From a virus (lineage: Duplodnaviria > Heunggongvirae > Uroviricota > Caudoviricetes): DNA of 64,000 bases. Below, piece by piece: positions 21,330-30,537 of this stretch. Under the pieces are notes generated by a model that was given only the letters and a program-made list of their open reading frames with translations, was not told the origin of the DNA and ran no database searches. The stretch's first letter is position 1. Each line of letters begins with the position of its first letter. The DNA is taken from IMG/VR virus record IMGVR_UViG_3300032205_000001, positions 108,218-172,217 of that record; one strand, given 5' to 3'. A program made the translations under genes and the position numbers.

Positions 21330-21401
21330 TTGCGGAAACGGGGGTCGAACCCGATGTCTCTGGGTTATGAGCCCAGCGTGGAACCGTTTCACTCTTCCGC
21401 G
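21330..21401 (-). tRNA. initiator tRNA-fMet(CAU)
   Basis: C1-A72 mismatch, GGG/CCC anticodon stem, loop CTCATAA. Confidence 0.85.
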
Positions 21402-21407
21402 AATCAG

Positions 21408-21436
21408 AGCCTACGAAAAGATTTACGGTTTGTCAA
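21408..21436 (-). promoter_or_regulatory. sigma70-type promoter at the head of the tRNA array
   Basis: TTGACA-17 bp-TAGGCT, 6 nt before the tRNA-fMet 5' end. Confidence 0.65.
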
Positions 21437-21607
21437 GACTGAAGGCACCTACAGGTGTAAGTATCCGATTTTTCGATGACTCAATCTTTGGCGTCTTGAA
21501 TGTCTTACACGTGTCTAATAGGTGAAGCAGACGTTACGTTATGAAAAGGACTTGATCTTTTCAGAATTGTTGGCATGCTCAAGGCACTCCATGAAAGGAG
21601 GTCCCGT

Positions 21608-21928
21608 ATGAAGTACACACGAGTTCTCATCGCCAAGGTAGCCCTGGGTGTAGCAACCGAAGACGAGGTCTTCTGGGTGGGCAAGTGCATCGCTGATGGA
21701 TGCGGCTGCAAGAACGACGTCGAGAACATCCGTGCGTTTGCGGAGCTTCCATCGACACCGTTCTGCGTCGACGAGCGTGACCTGATCCAAATCGCCGACA
21801 CGAACAAGATGTCGACGATGGCGGCAGATCACATCGTTGCCTGCGAGCGGTGCTCGAAGATCGGCCACTACATCGCGAACATGTCGAACCCGGAGACGGG
21901 CATCGAGCGCAAGTCTCTCGCGGGCTGA
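21608..21928 (+). CDS. Cys-rich hypothetical protein
   Basis: Strong SD AAAGGAGG before ATG 21608. Confidence 0.75.
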   Translation: MKYTRVLIAKVALGVATEDEVFWVGKCIADGCGCKNDVENIRAFAELPSTPFCVDERDLIQIADTNKMSTMAADHIVACERCSKIGHYIANMSNPETGIERKSLAG

Positions 21929-21947
21929 TCTATCCACCACAACCAAC

Positions 21948-21989
21948 GAAGCCGGCTGGTCCAACTCGGGCCGCCGGCTTCTTGTTTTT
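21948..21989 (+). terminator. intrinsic terminator
   Basis: GAAGCCGGC...GCCGGCTTC followed by TTGTTTTT. Confidence 0.7.
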
Positions 21990-22032
21990 CTAGCTACAAC
22001 TCCTCTAGACAATTGGGCATCCCCTGGATACC

Positions 22033-22308
22033 GTGCGCCGGATGAAGGGTTTGCAGGTACTTCTTCTGCTCGGGCTGCTTAGCATCTCGACGTGGGGACT
22101 CTCCGGGGAAGGCCCCATCTGGACGAAGTACGTCGGCGCCGGCTTCGTGCTGGTGGTCTTGATGCTGATCCTGCAAGGCGTGTCCAACCTTCCAACGGCG
22201 ACTGACTTGCGCAAGGCGATGAGCGCCGTCGAACAAACCAAGCAGGTCGTCAACCCAGATGACATGGACATTGTCGAGGCTCGCAGCCAGAGGGTTCCGC
22301 GAAACTAA
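22033..22308 (+). CDS. small membrane protein
   Basis: Two hydrophobic segments. Confidence 0.65.
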   Translation: MRRMKGLQVLLLLGLLSISTWGLSGEGPIWTKYVGAGFVLVVLMLILQGVSNLPTATDLRKAMSAVEQTKQVVNPDDMDIVEARSQRVPRN

Positions 22309-22925
22309 TGGCGAGCAAGATCGTCATCCTTGAAGTCCCGGACGACAAATGCGACGGGCTTATCGATGCCATGCAGAAGCGTTCGTATACCGTCCATGTG
22401 TTGGATCGGGACGGGCGCAAGAAGCTCGTTGACTGCCCAGCGTGTAATCACAAACTGAGCAGAGAGAAGACGTATACGATCGACGATGGCTTCGTGGAGG
22501 TCTTGACGAAGATCGCCAAGAAGATGGTCGTCGCCAAAACGGTCATCGTCACGAACAAGAACAATCCGATGACCGCAATTCCACCAATCGAATATCCGCG
22601 ATGCGTGGAGATTGATCAGACCATGATGTTCAGGGCTGAGACCTTCGGCATGGTCAAAAGATTCCAGGACGGCAACCGGCTGACGCATTACGTGACCGCC
22701 GCAGGTCTCTCGTTCCTTAGCGGTGAGAAACCTGCTTCGCCCTGTACAGTGGTAACGCTAGACGGCGACGTTGTCGAAACATCTGGAGAACTTGCGCTTG
22801 AAAATGTAGACTACGAAAACGAAATCAGAGCGGGGACTCTGAAGCGTGACGCCCAGGACGCCGTCGAGGAGATTCCTGAACACGTCATGAAATTTGTGAT
22901 TAACGGCCAGATGAGCCTTATCTGA
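22308..22925 (+). CDS. hypothetical protein
   Basis: 205 aa, CPAC motif, overlap-coupled. Confidence 0.75.
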   Translation: MASKIVILEVPDDKCDGLIDAMQKRSYTVHVLDRDGRKKLVDCPACNHKLSREKTYTIDDGFVEVLTKIAKKMVVAKTVIVTNKNNPMTAIPPIEYPRCVEIDQTMMFRAETFGMVKRFQDGNRLTHYVTAAGLSFLSGEKPASPCTVVTLDGDVVETSGELALENVDYENEIRAGTLKRDAQDAVEEIPEHVMKFVINGQMSLI

Positions 22926-22935
22926 GGGGGCACCG

Positions 22936-23211
22936 ATGACGAAGTCCGATTTGATCCGCCACATCTCTGTGATGAACGAAATCCCTTACCCGGAAGCCGA
23001 GAATGCGGTTAACGCCGTATTTGACACGATGTCGGGCGCCCTCAAAGATGGTCGGCGCGTCGAGATCCGTGGGTTCGGTTCGTTTGCTCCCAGGGAGTAT
23101 GACGGATACATGGGGCGCAATCCGAGGACCGGGGAGGTCGTCAACGTTGCCCCCAAGAAGCTACCGCACTTCAAGTGCGGAAAAGAGATGCGCGAAGCGC
23201 TGAACGCCTGA
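22936..23211 (+). CDS. ihfB: integration host factor beta-like protein
   Basis: MTKSDLI...RVEIRGFGSF...GRNPRTGE...PHFKCGKEMREALN. Confidence 0.88.
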   Translation: MTKSDLIRHISVMNEIPYPEAENAVNAVFDTMSGALKDGRRVEIRGFGSFAPREYDGYMGRNPRTGEVVNVAPKKLPHFKCGKEMREALNA

Positions 23212-23217
23212 GCAAGG

Positions 23218-23535
23218 ATGAACATGAGCGAGAGCGTAACCAAGGCAGTGCTCACCGATGCGGTGATCGAATCCGTTCCGTCGCTGACGGGCAAGAAGGC
23301 AGTGGCAGTCGTGGAGAGCATCTTCGACTGCATCTGCGAAACGCTTGTCAAAGGCGAGGAGGTGAAAATCTCCGGGTTCGGGAAGTTCAGCCCACACGAG
23401 AAGAAGGCGCGCAAGGGCCGCAATCCGAAGACAGGCGAGCCCATCACCATCTCAGACCGTCGCGTCCTCAAATTCAAGGTCAGCGACTGTCTCAAGGCCG
23501 AGATGAACGGAGCAACCTTCAATGGCGAAGAGTAA
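23218..23535 (+). CDS. ihfA: integration host factor alpha-like protein
   Basis: VKISGFGKF...KARKGRNPKTGEPITISDRRVLKFK. Confidence 0.88.
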   Translation: MNMSESVTKAVLTDAVIESVPSLTGKKAVAVVESIFDCICETLVKGEEVKISGFGKFSPHEKKARKGRNPKTGEPITISDRRVLKFKVSDCLKAEMNGATFNGEE

Positions 23536-23737
23536 TATCGAGACCGGCGTTGAGAATATCGCCGGACTGGCCGTCATTTCCGTGGAAAAGGAATTCGGAA
23601 TCGCTGGTCTTGATCACTTGCTTAAGGTTGTGGAAGAGCGAAGAAAGACGCTACTCTACGAGGCTCAGAAGGAGCGCAATTGGGCTCCCAAATGACCATA
23701 CCTTGACAATGCGGGCAACACCGCATAATGTCTTGCT

Positions 23738-24184
23738 ATGGCAAGTGCAGCACGCAAGATGAGTGGTCCAACGAAGATTGTCGAGCTAGACGGCGTTCCG
23801 ATAGCGAAGTGGAAGATAGATCCCAACGCTGTCCACCTGTGGAAGGGCAAGCTGTGGAAGAAGGAGAACGTCGGTTGCGTTCTCTGCGTCGAGAAGGAAG
23901 GCAACGAGCACATCACGCTCTGCCACTCCGACGACTCCGGCAAAGAGCACTTCTACTGCATGGAGCACGGTGAGCTGTCTGCTGTGCCGTACTCTTCGAA
24001 GAAGGTCTACACGATCACCATCGGGACCGTCACGCGCGAGGGCGAAGAGACGCTCAATGACGTGATGCTCTTTCCTGCCGAGATGACGCTGCCTGAGCAG
24101 GAGAAGCTCATCAATCGTCTCCTGGACGAAGCTCAGAAAGAGGAAGTCGACTCAGGCCCGATTCCTTCCGATGAAGACGAGTGA
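23738..24184 (+). CDS. hypothetical protein
   Basis: 148 aa; TTGACA promoter-like sequence at 23703. Confidence 0.75.
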   Translation: MASAARKMSGPTKIVELDGVPIAKWKIDPNAVHLWKGKLWKKENVGCVLCVEKEGNEHITLCHSDDSGKEHFYCMEHGELSAVPYSSKKVYTITIGTVTREGEETLNDVMLFPAEMTLPEQEKLINRLLDEAQKEEVDSGPIPSDEDE

Positions 24185-24244
24185 TTGAGGCCTATACACG
24201 TGAAAAGTGTAGACAATCACAAAGCTGGCGGGCATCTATATCGC

Positions 24245-24433
24245 ATGTCCCCAAGTGGTCCTCGCCCGCGCGAGCCAAGCGAGAGACAGGTAGAAGCTGC
24301 CGCCCAGGCGTGGATGACGTGGCAGTTCCCTGGTCGTGACTGGGATGATGCTGTTCCAGCGATGAAGAACAAGTTCAGAGACGGAGCCCGACGTGCATTG
24401 CTTGCTGCAGCCATTGCCGAGCTAGAACGCTGA
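24245..24433 (+). CDS. hypothetical protein
   Basis: ORF from ATG 24245. Confidence 0.5.
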   Translation: MSPSGPRPREPSERQVEAAAQAWMTWQFPGRDWDDAVPAMKNKFRDGARRALLAAAIAELER

Positions 24434-24530
24434 AAAAGTCTTCCAGGCTGATTGTAGATACGGGGTGAGCTAAGTGCTCGCCCCGTTTCGTTTTGACAAT
24501 CAACGGGTTGACCTATATACCGGAGTCCAC

Positions 24531-25862
24531 GTGAAGGTACCGCTAACGATCGAGGATGATTACGTCGCTGACTGGGGCCTGTTCGAGGGTGTTCGCGAGT
24601 TCATGCAGAACGGTCGTGATGCCACCCGAGATGGTTGCACGTTCGATGTCGTGTATTTGCCCGACGCAAACACGATTCGAGCAAAGACGGTCGGCGCCAA
24701 GCTAGAGCACAGATCTCTGCTCCTCGGCGCCTCTACCAAGCGTGGCCGCAGCGACATGCTTGGTAACAAGGGCGAGGGCTACAAAGTTGGCTCGCTCGCG
24801 CTAATTCGTCTCGGCAAGGGCATCAAGATTCGAACCGGCAGCGAAGTCTGGGTTCCGGCCATCGAGTTCTCGAAGAAGTTCGGCGCGAATGTTCTTGTGT
24901 TCGACATCGATGGCAACCGCAAGGACGTCAAAGAGGTCGTCGTCGACATCACGGGCGTGACCCAGGACGAGTGGGATTCGATCAAGCGTCGCTTCCTCTT
25001 TATCGACGACGATCATAAGACCATCGTCGATTCGCCGGTCGGCGCAGTCATCTTGGACGGCCTCGGTCAGGTATTCGTCGACGGCATCGAGGTCTGCAAG
25101 CTGGAGAAGTTCCGCCACGGCTACAACTTCCGCCCTCAGGATGTGAAGCTGGACCGTGATCGTCGCCTCGTCGAGTACTGGGAAGCGCATCAGCTGACCG
25201 CAAAGGTCTGGGAAGCGCTGTACATGCGTACAACGCGCGAATTCTGTGACCAGGTCGATCGAATGCTGGCCGACAACGTGCCCGACATCGAGCATTTCCG
25301 CTACGAGTGGTGCGTGGGCATGAACACGCGCAAGCAGGTTGCCGAGCGCTTCAAGGAGAAGATGGGCGGTCCCATTATTCCTGTGAAGACCGAGAGCGAG
25401 GTCCGTGAGATCGAGTTCTACGGTCGCAAGGGAACCGTCGTCGAGTCCGAACCTCTTCGGGCCATCCTGGAGAAGGAAGTCGGAACCATCGAACAGGTCA
25501 AGAAGGAGCTGGCCGACGAAATCAAGTCGGAGCATCCGATGGTTACCCTGGCGCCAGAAGAGGCCAAGAACTTCGTGATGGCCTTGGAGTTCGTGTCCAA
25601 GGCGACCAAGCGAGCCGGTCTAACGATTACGCAAGACATCACGATCGCAGAGTTCCGTATGCCGAGCACGTTGGGCATGCGCAAGAGTGGAAAGATCTAT
25701 CTCAGCCGGAACACGCTCGTCTCCTTCCAGGAAGCGCTCAAGACGCTTGTGGAGGAAGTCGCTCACGAGGTTGGCGGCGACGCCACGCACGACCATGTTG
25801 AGCGCATGCACGAGATCTACGCCAACGGCGTCGCTGCGATGATCGAGGGTAGTGGTGCCTAA
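24531..25862 (+). CDS. GHKL-type ATPase-domain protein
   Basis: N-box REFMQNGRD; LLLGASTKR...GNKGEGYKVG; C-terminal EEVAHE. Confidence 0.75.
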   Translation: MKVPLTIEDDYVADWGLFEGVREFMQNGRDATRDGCTFDVVYLPDANTIRAKTVGAKLEHRSLLLGASTKRGRSDMLGNKGEGYKVGSLALIRLGKGIKIRTGSEVWVPAIEFSKKFGANVLVFDIDGNRKDVKEVVVDITGVTQDEWDSIKRRFLFIDDDHKTIVDSPVGAVILDGLGQVFVDGIEVCKLEKFRHGYNFRPQDVKLDRDRRLVEYWEAHQLTAKVWEALYMRTTREFCDQVDRMLADNVPDIEHFRYEWCVGMNTRKQVAERFKEKMGGPIIPVKTESEVREIEFYGRKGTVVESEPLRAILEKEVGTIEQVKKELADEIKSEHPMVTLAPEEAKNFVMALEFVSKATKRAGLTITQDITIAEFRMPSTLGMRKSGKIYLSRNTLVSFQEALKTLVEEVAHEVGGDATHDHVERMHEIYANGVAAMIEGSGA

Positions 25863-26142
25863 GGCTGAATCAGATGCCGTCCTTTGCGTTGGCTGCGGAC
25901 GACCTATCGGAAAGTACAAGTCGCCCCGTAATCCGGGCGAACGTGCTGTCGAGGTTCGTGTTGGCAAGCTACTACAGAGCCAGATTTCCGACGGAAAACG
26001 GAAGCCAGGCCGACCACGAACGAAGGTTGAGAAGTTCAAAGCCGAGAAGCTCTGGGGGATGATGCATCTCGAATGCTTCGTCAGGTCGCTTGAATCGCCT
26101 GATGACGTGTTTGCCCAACTGAGCGCCATCAATGGCCGATGA
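25852..26142 (+). CDS. hypothetical zinc-binding protein
   Basis: CVGC...HLEC. Confidence 0.65.
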   Translation: MVPKAESDAVLCVGCGRPIGKYKSPRNPGERAVEVRVGKLLQSQISDGKRKPGRPRTKVEKFKAEKLWGMMHLECFVRSLESPDDVFAQLSAINGR

Positions 26143-26356
26143 TGATGACAACAGCATCCTCGGCGGCCTCAAGAAGATGGCCGAGCTGGAGGGATACAGA
26201 GAGGGCACGCCCGGAAATGAGAGACGTGTCCGCCAGCTCAAGGTGATCAAATGCCGCGAGCTTCGCGGTGTATCGTTCTGCTCCGAATGCAAGTATTACG
26301 ATGACTGCGAGCTGATCAAACAGGTAATGCGCGAGCAGCAGGGCTACGAGGAGTAG
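26132..26356 (+). CDS. Cys-rich hypothetical protein
   Basis: C...CSEC....C. Confidence 0.65.
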   Translation: MADDDDNSILGGLKKMAELEGYREGTPGNERRVRQLKVIKCRELRGVSFCSECKYYDDCELIKQVMREQQGYEE

Positions 26357-26362
26357 GCGGCC

Positions 26363-27166
26363 ATGTCTATCGTCAAGATTCTATTCGACGACATCAAGTT
26401 CCATCCTGAGATCAAGAATCCTCGCGATGAGCTGAAAGACATCGACGATCTAATTTCTTCGCTGAAGTCGGTCGGGCTCCAGGTGCCGCTGACCGTTATG
26501 GAGATCGAACTAGAGAACTACCTCGTGGTCGGGTTCCGTCGACACGAGGCAATTCGCCGCATCAGAGAAGGCGATCCACGGGCATTTAGAACCATCGAAG
26601 TCAGGAAGTTCAAGGGCTCGCTTGCAGAGGCGCAGGTTCTCAACATTACCGAGAACATTCAGCGTTCCGAGCTGACGCCGATGGAGATCTGTCGCAGCGT
26701 CGAGATCCTCATGAACCTCGGGTACAAACAAAAGGAAGTCGCCGAGAAAATTGGCAAATCCCAAACGTGGGTCTCAAATGCCATGCAGTTCAGAAAGCAG
26801 GCAGTTCCACAGCTTCAGGAGGCTGTGAGAACAGGCGATATTCCTTATGGTTTTGCCAGAGATATCGCAACGCTTCCAGACAAAGAGCAAAGGGATAAGG
26901 TCAAGACCCTGGCGAAGAAGACCAGCGCGTCTGATCAGAATGATGTAAAAGGGGCGCCCAAGACCAACAAGGCGGTAGACGCTCAAGTGAGAAAGGTCGT
27001 CAGAGAAACATCCGGCAGGGTCATTCGGCCATCGACATCGGAAATTCGTTACGAGGTAAATAGGCTATCCGATACAGGCCGCAAGCCGTCCGACGACTTT
27101 GATCTGGGCGTCATGATTGCCCTCGAATGGGCACTTGGGGAGAGAAAGACGCTTCGGCGTCCATAA
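26363..27166 (+). CDS. ParB/Spo0J-like protein
   Basis: GLQVPL...VVGFRRHEA...NITENIQRSELTPME plus HTH QKEVAEKIGKSQTWVS. Confidence 0.88.
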   Translation: MSIVKILFDDIKFHPEIKNPRDELKDIDDLISSLKSVGLQVPLTVMEIELENYLVVGFRRHEAIRRIREGDPRAFRTIEVRKFKGSLAEAQVLNITENIQRSELTPMEICRSVEILMNLGYKQKEVAEKIGKSQTWVSNAMQFRKQAVPQLQEAVRTGDIPYGFARDIATLPDKEQRDKVKTLAKKTSASDQNDVKGAPKTNKAVDAQVRKVVRETSGRVIRPSTSEIRYEVNRLSDTGRKPSDDFDLGVMIALEWALGERKTLRRP

Positions 27167-27179
27167 CCCGGAGGCACTG

Positions 27180-27812
27180 ATGTTGAGATGGTTGTTCCCA
27201 GGCTTTAACTGGGCAGTGGTGTTTTTTGTTTTTTGGGGAGGATGGGCTGATGCAGATGCTCCAAAAATCGTTCCAGCAGAGACCGTGGAGTACGCGAGTA
27301 TTGTCTCATCTGGATCGGCTGTTCAGCTTCCGCCGTCACCTGATGAGAATGGTGTCGGGTCCAGATTCGGCGATCCTGGCGATCAGTGGACAGGCGGAGC
27401 CATGGCTTGTTCGCCGCACGCCAAGGTAGACTCCAAGATGCATGCATGCGCGCACCGTTGGTACCCGTGCGGCACGCTGCTCATCGTGGAGTACAAGGGT
27501 CAACGCAACTGGTGCGAGGTCACCGATCGAGGACCGTACGGCGCAAACGTTTTCGCGGCTGACGGCAAGATGGTCATGGACGGTGGCTCTCCAGCTTGGT
27601 ACGTGATGGTCCACCAGGGAGACCCTCCACCCGACGAGCTGTGCCCCGATGGCGGCTGCAAAGGTCGTTGGCGCGGCGTCATCGACATGAGCCCGGCCGT
27701 CAGCAAGGGCATGGGACATCCAGGGATGGGCTACGTGCGCGTCTGGACGCTCAAGAAGATAGTCGACTACCAGAACTATCTCGCCACCAAGAAGCCGCCT
27801 GCATCGTCGTAG
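27180..27812 (+). CDS. RlpA-like double-psi beta-barrel protein, signal/TM at N terminus
   Basis: CAHRWYPCGT...VTDRGPY...VIDMSPA motif. Confidence 0.75.
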   Translation: MLRWLFPGFNWAVVFFVFWGGWADADAPKIVPAETVEYASIVSSGSAVQLPPSPDENGVGSRFGDPGDQWTGGAMACSPHAKVDSKMHACAHRWYPCGTLLIVEYKGQRNWCEVTDRGPYGANVFAADGKMVMDGGSPAWYVMVHQGDPPPDELCPDGGCKGRWRGVIDMSPAVSKGMGHPGMGYVRVWTLKKIVDYQNYLATKKPPASS

Positions 27813-27833
27813 CTTGAACGCGGGTCGGAGCAG

Positions 27834-28226
27834 GTGTTACCTTCCGGCTCCGTGTCGCAAGAAGCCGCCAACAGGGCCCTGTCCATCGTCGTCGGGATGA
27901 TGAACGACAGGAGCGGCCTTTGGCAGGTTACGCCGGAACGTATATCTCTACTTAGAGATGCATGCGGGCAGATGTCTTCACGTGCAAAGCCAGCCGTGGA
28001 GGATATGCTCGTGGTTGCTGCGAGTGGGGAGCGTTTCTGGAAACCTACGGCGGAGCAGTACTTCGCCCTGGCGGAAATCAGAACCAAGTCGCTTTCCATC
28101 GATAAGAAGACGATCGAGAAAACGATCAACGAAGTAATCGCCTGTGCGCAACGTGACCGAGTGGCTCATCGCGAATGGGTCAAGAACGTTATCGACGTTC
28201 TCACCAGGCTCGCCAACGAGAAGTGA
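27834..28226 (+). CDS. hypothetical protein, start uncertain
   Basis: 130-aa ORF. Confidence 0.6.
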   Translation: MLPSGSVSQEAANRALSIVVGMMNDRSGLWQVTPERISLLRDACGQMSSRAKPAVEDMLVVAASGERFWKPTAEQYFALAEIRTKSLSIDKKTIEKTINEVIACAQRDRVAHREWVKNVIDVLTRLANEK

Positions 28227-28238
28227 CCTTCGAGGGAC

Positions 28239-28499
28239 ATGTTGACAATGCACATGCCAGGTGGTTCGATGACTGTTCGGAAGCAGATAAAGCAGGAATA
28301 TGTAAGGCATCCGTTCACAAAGAAAAAGCTCCTCGTTATTGACACGTTTGAGCCGAGCGATGCCGCGCCATGTCCTCAGTGCAAGACCGGAACGATCAAA
28401 CAAATCAAGGTAGTTGAGTCGGAGTATCGTGGAGGGGTTCGCTACAACATCGTTACCTGCGATAAGTGCGAGCAGCCTGTGTGGGTTGTGCCGATGTGA
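28239..28499 (+). CDS. zinc-ribbon protein
   Basis: CPQC...CDKC. Confidence 0.7.
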   Translation: MLTMHMPGGSMTVRKQIKQEYVRHPFTKKKLLVIDTFEPSDAAPCPQCKTGTIKQIKVVESEYRGGVRYNIVTCDKCEQPVWVVPM

Positions 28500-28564
28500 T
28501 GGTTTTGAGAAGGTGACCGACGGCATTCTGCAAAACCTGATGTAGTTCGAAAGGCAGCGTATCG

Positions 28565-29173
28565 ATGGGTGCTCTCCTAATGTTTCCTTCTCGCTTTCGT
28601 GACTACACGGACAGCTTCACCGAATGGAAGCAGCAGACCTTTAGGTCGTTACCAGTGCTAATGAAGCAGGTCATCCGTCAACACGAGGTGGCCTGGTCAG
28701 CGAAGCTGGAAGAGAACCTGAACCGTCCGATGGCTGAGATGGAACAAGCCGACGAGGTTCATCCTGGAGTCTGGATTGGAAGCTACTCGTCGGTCGTCGA
28801 TGACCGGCTCATGAACAACGAAATCGACGTCGTGCTCAACATGGCCATCGAGTGCGACTACGCGCTGAAGGCACCGAAGACGCAGCTCGTGAAGATCGGC
28901 ATCGAGGATGGTCGTCTCACGAACGTCGGCGTCTTTCGTAAGGCGGCCGAGGTGATTCACACGGCCAAAGAACAAGGCAGGGCGACGCTGACCCACTGTG
29001 CTGCCGGCGTGAGCAGGAGCAGCACGGCGGTGCTTGCGTACTTGATGATCTATGAACGCATGGGATGGAGCGACGCCCTCTCGTATGTTCAGTCCGGCAG
29101 ATCGTGCGTCAACCCGCATCCTCTCCTGGTGAGGTCCCTCATCCGAGATCTTGGATCTGACTTCGTCCCCTAG
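28565..29173 (+). CDS. dual-specificity protein phosphatase
   Basis: P-loop HCAAGVSRS; IEDG acid loop. Confidence 0.92.
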   Translation: MGALLMFPSRFRDYTDSFTEWKQQTFRSLPVLMKQVIRQHEVAWSAKLEENLNRPMAEMEQADEVHPGVWIGSYSSVVDDRLMNNEIDVVLNMAIECDYALKAPKTQLVKIGIEDGRLTNVGVFRKAAEVIHTAKEQGRATLTHCAAGVSRSSTAVLAYLMIYERMGWSDALSYVQSGRSCVNPHPLLVRSLIRDLGSDFVP

Positions 29174-29295
29174 TGTACCGACCCACTAGAGAACACTAGG
29201 AGTGAGCCAGCCATGTGCTGGCTTCTCTTCGTTTTATTGACATTGACGGACACGGTCTATAGCGTGCGCCCCCTACAAGGATCTTGGGGTGCTCG

Positions 29296-30537
29296 ATGTC
29301 GATCGATGAAGATCTGCAGGTCTCTTCCGAAGTCGTAAACGCAGACTGGCAGTTCGATGTAATTCGAACCTATGTCCTTGGCGTTGAAATCTTGGACACA
29401 CGTCTAAGTGACGCCGAATTTCGTTTACTCACTCTGTTGAGACTAAGGGCAGGCGGCGGCCGAAACAACGTCGTCTCGTACGAAACGCTGGCCAAAGATC
29501 TTGGAACGAGCGCACGCACAATCAAGCGCACGATGGCCGGTCTAAAAGAGAACGGGTACGTCACCTGCGAAGCGCGCGGATATGGCGCTTCCACAAAGAA
29601 GACCATCGCCTCGATGAGTGAGCGCTTCGACGCCGACATCCTGACGATGAACCGCAAGCAGCTCCTAGGGTCCGAGCGCACCGACGACATGCTCAACCGG
29701 CTGCGCAGCCTTAACAATGCAGCCGAACATCCATTGGTGCCAAAAATGTCCCCATCCGAAACTACTGGGGAAAATCAGGTCCAGAGGGGACAAATTTGTC
29801 ACCATGGAGGGGACAAAAATGGCACCTCAGAGGGGACAAATCTGGCCCCTAAAGTAAATCAAGATAACGTAAATCAAATCGAAATAGATTCACCTCGCGC
29901 TGCTCGGTGTCAGCCACCTATGGTGTCTGATCCTACAAGATCTTCGAAGATCGAAGACACAGAGGGAGACAGAGACTCAGGAAGTCTGAGATCTGAGAAA
30001 GCAGAGACACCTCGCGATTCCCGTGACGACGACATGGAGCGCGCAAAGGCAGCAGCCGATGCCGCCATGAACAACGCCACCGCAAGATCCAGGGTCCAGT
30101 TGGACAAGCGGCGAGAGAGGGCCGAGCGGGAAGATCGTGACGGAACCCGTGAGGAGCGCGAGAAGCTCAAGCGCATGACCAAGCAGGAGCGCCAGACGAT
30201 TGGCGCAAGGTTCGAGGACTGGGCCCGCAACGAATACGATCTGTTCTTCCCGGAGGAAAACCTTCGCATGGCTCGCTTGGACGAGAAGGGCTTCTCGGTC
30301 CTGAAGCGAATGTTCGAACAGTACGACGGCAACGAGCGGATCATCCGCCGTGCTTGGACGTACACCTGCGAGAACTGGGACGAGCTTCGGAAGAAGTTGA
30401 AAATTGAGGACACCGTTCCTACCATCTGGCTGCTGTACGCATTCCGTGCGCGGATTTTCCCGCTGTCACAGGAACGCCAAACGAATCGCCAGGTGGCAGA
30501 GCACGCAACCACCGAGAAAAAGGCCGGTGAGTGGTGA
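29296..30537 (+). CDS. replication initiator with N-terminal winged HTH
   Basis: LSDAEFRLL...SYETLAKDLGTSARTIKR; directly upstream of loader and DnaB; internal iterons. Confidence 0.75.
   Translation: MSIDEDLQVSSEVVNADWQFDVIRTYVLGVEILDTRLSDAEFRLLTLLRLRAGGGRNNVVSYETLAKDLGTSARTIKRTMAGLKENGYVTCEARGYGASTKKTIASMSERFDADILTMNRKQLLGSERTDDMLNRLRSLNNAAEHPLVPKMSPSETTGENQVQRGQICHHGGDKNGTSEGTNLAPKVNQDNVNQIEIDSPRAARCQPPMVSDPTRSSKIEDTEGDRDSGSLRSEKAETPRDSRDDDMERAKAAADAAMNNATARSRVQLDKRRERAEREDRDGTREEREKLKRMTKQERQTIGARFEDWARNEYDLFFPEENLRMARLDEKGFSVLKRMFEQYDGNERIIRRAWTYTCENWDELRKKLKIEDTVPTIWLLYAFRARIFPLSQERQTNRQVAEHATTEKKAGEW
29747..29840 (+). repeat. iteron-like repeats, probable origin
   Basis: GAGGGGACAAA at 29784, 29807 and 29830 (23-bp period) plus inverted TGTCCCC at 29747. 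Confidence 0.7.

Noticed and set aside
320-21401. Stop-codon reassignment or suppressor tRNAs
   Set aside because: No CUA, UUA or UCA anticodon found, and long genes read normally with TAA, TAG and TGA all used as stops
5803-21525. Numerous ORF-track ORFs overlapping tRNAs (e.g. 15307..15864, 20006..20353, 11685..11888)
   Set aside because: Shadow ORFs over structured RNA genes, with no protein-like features
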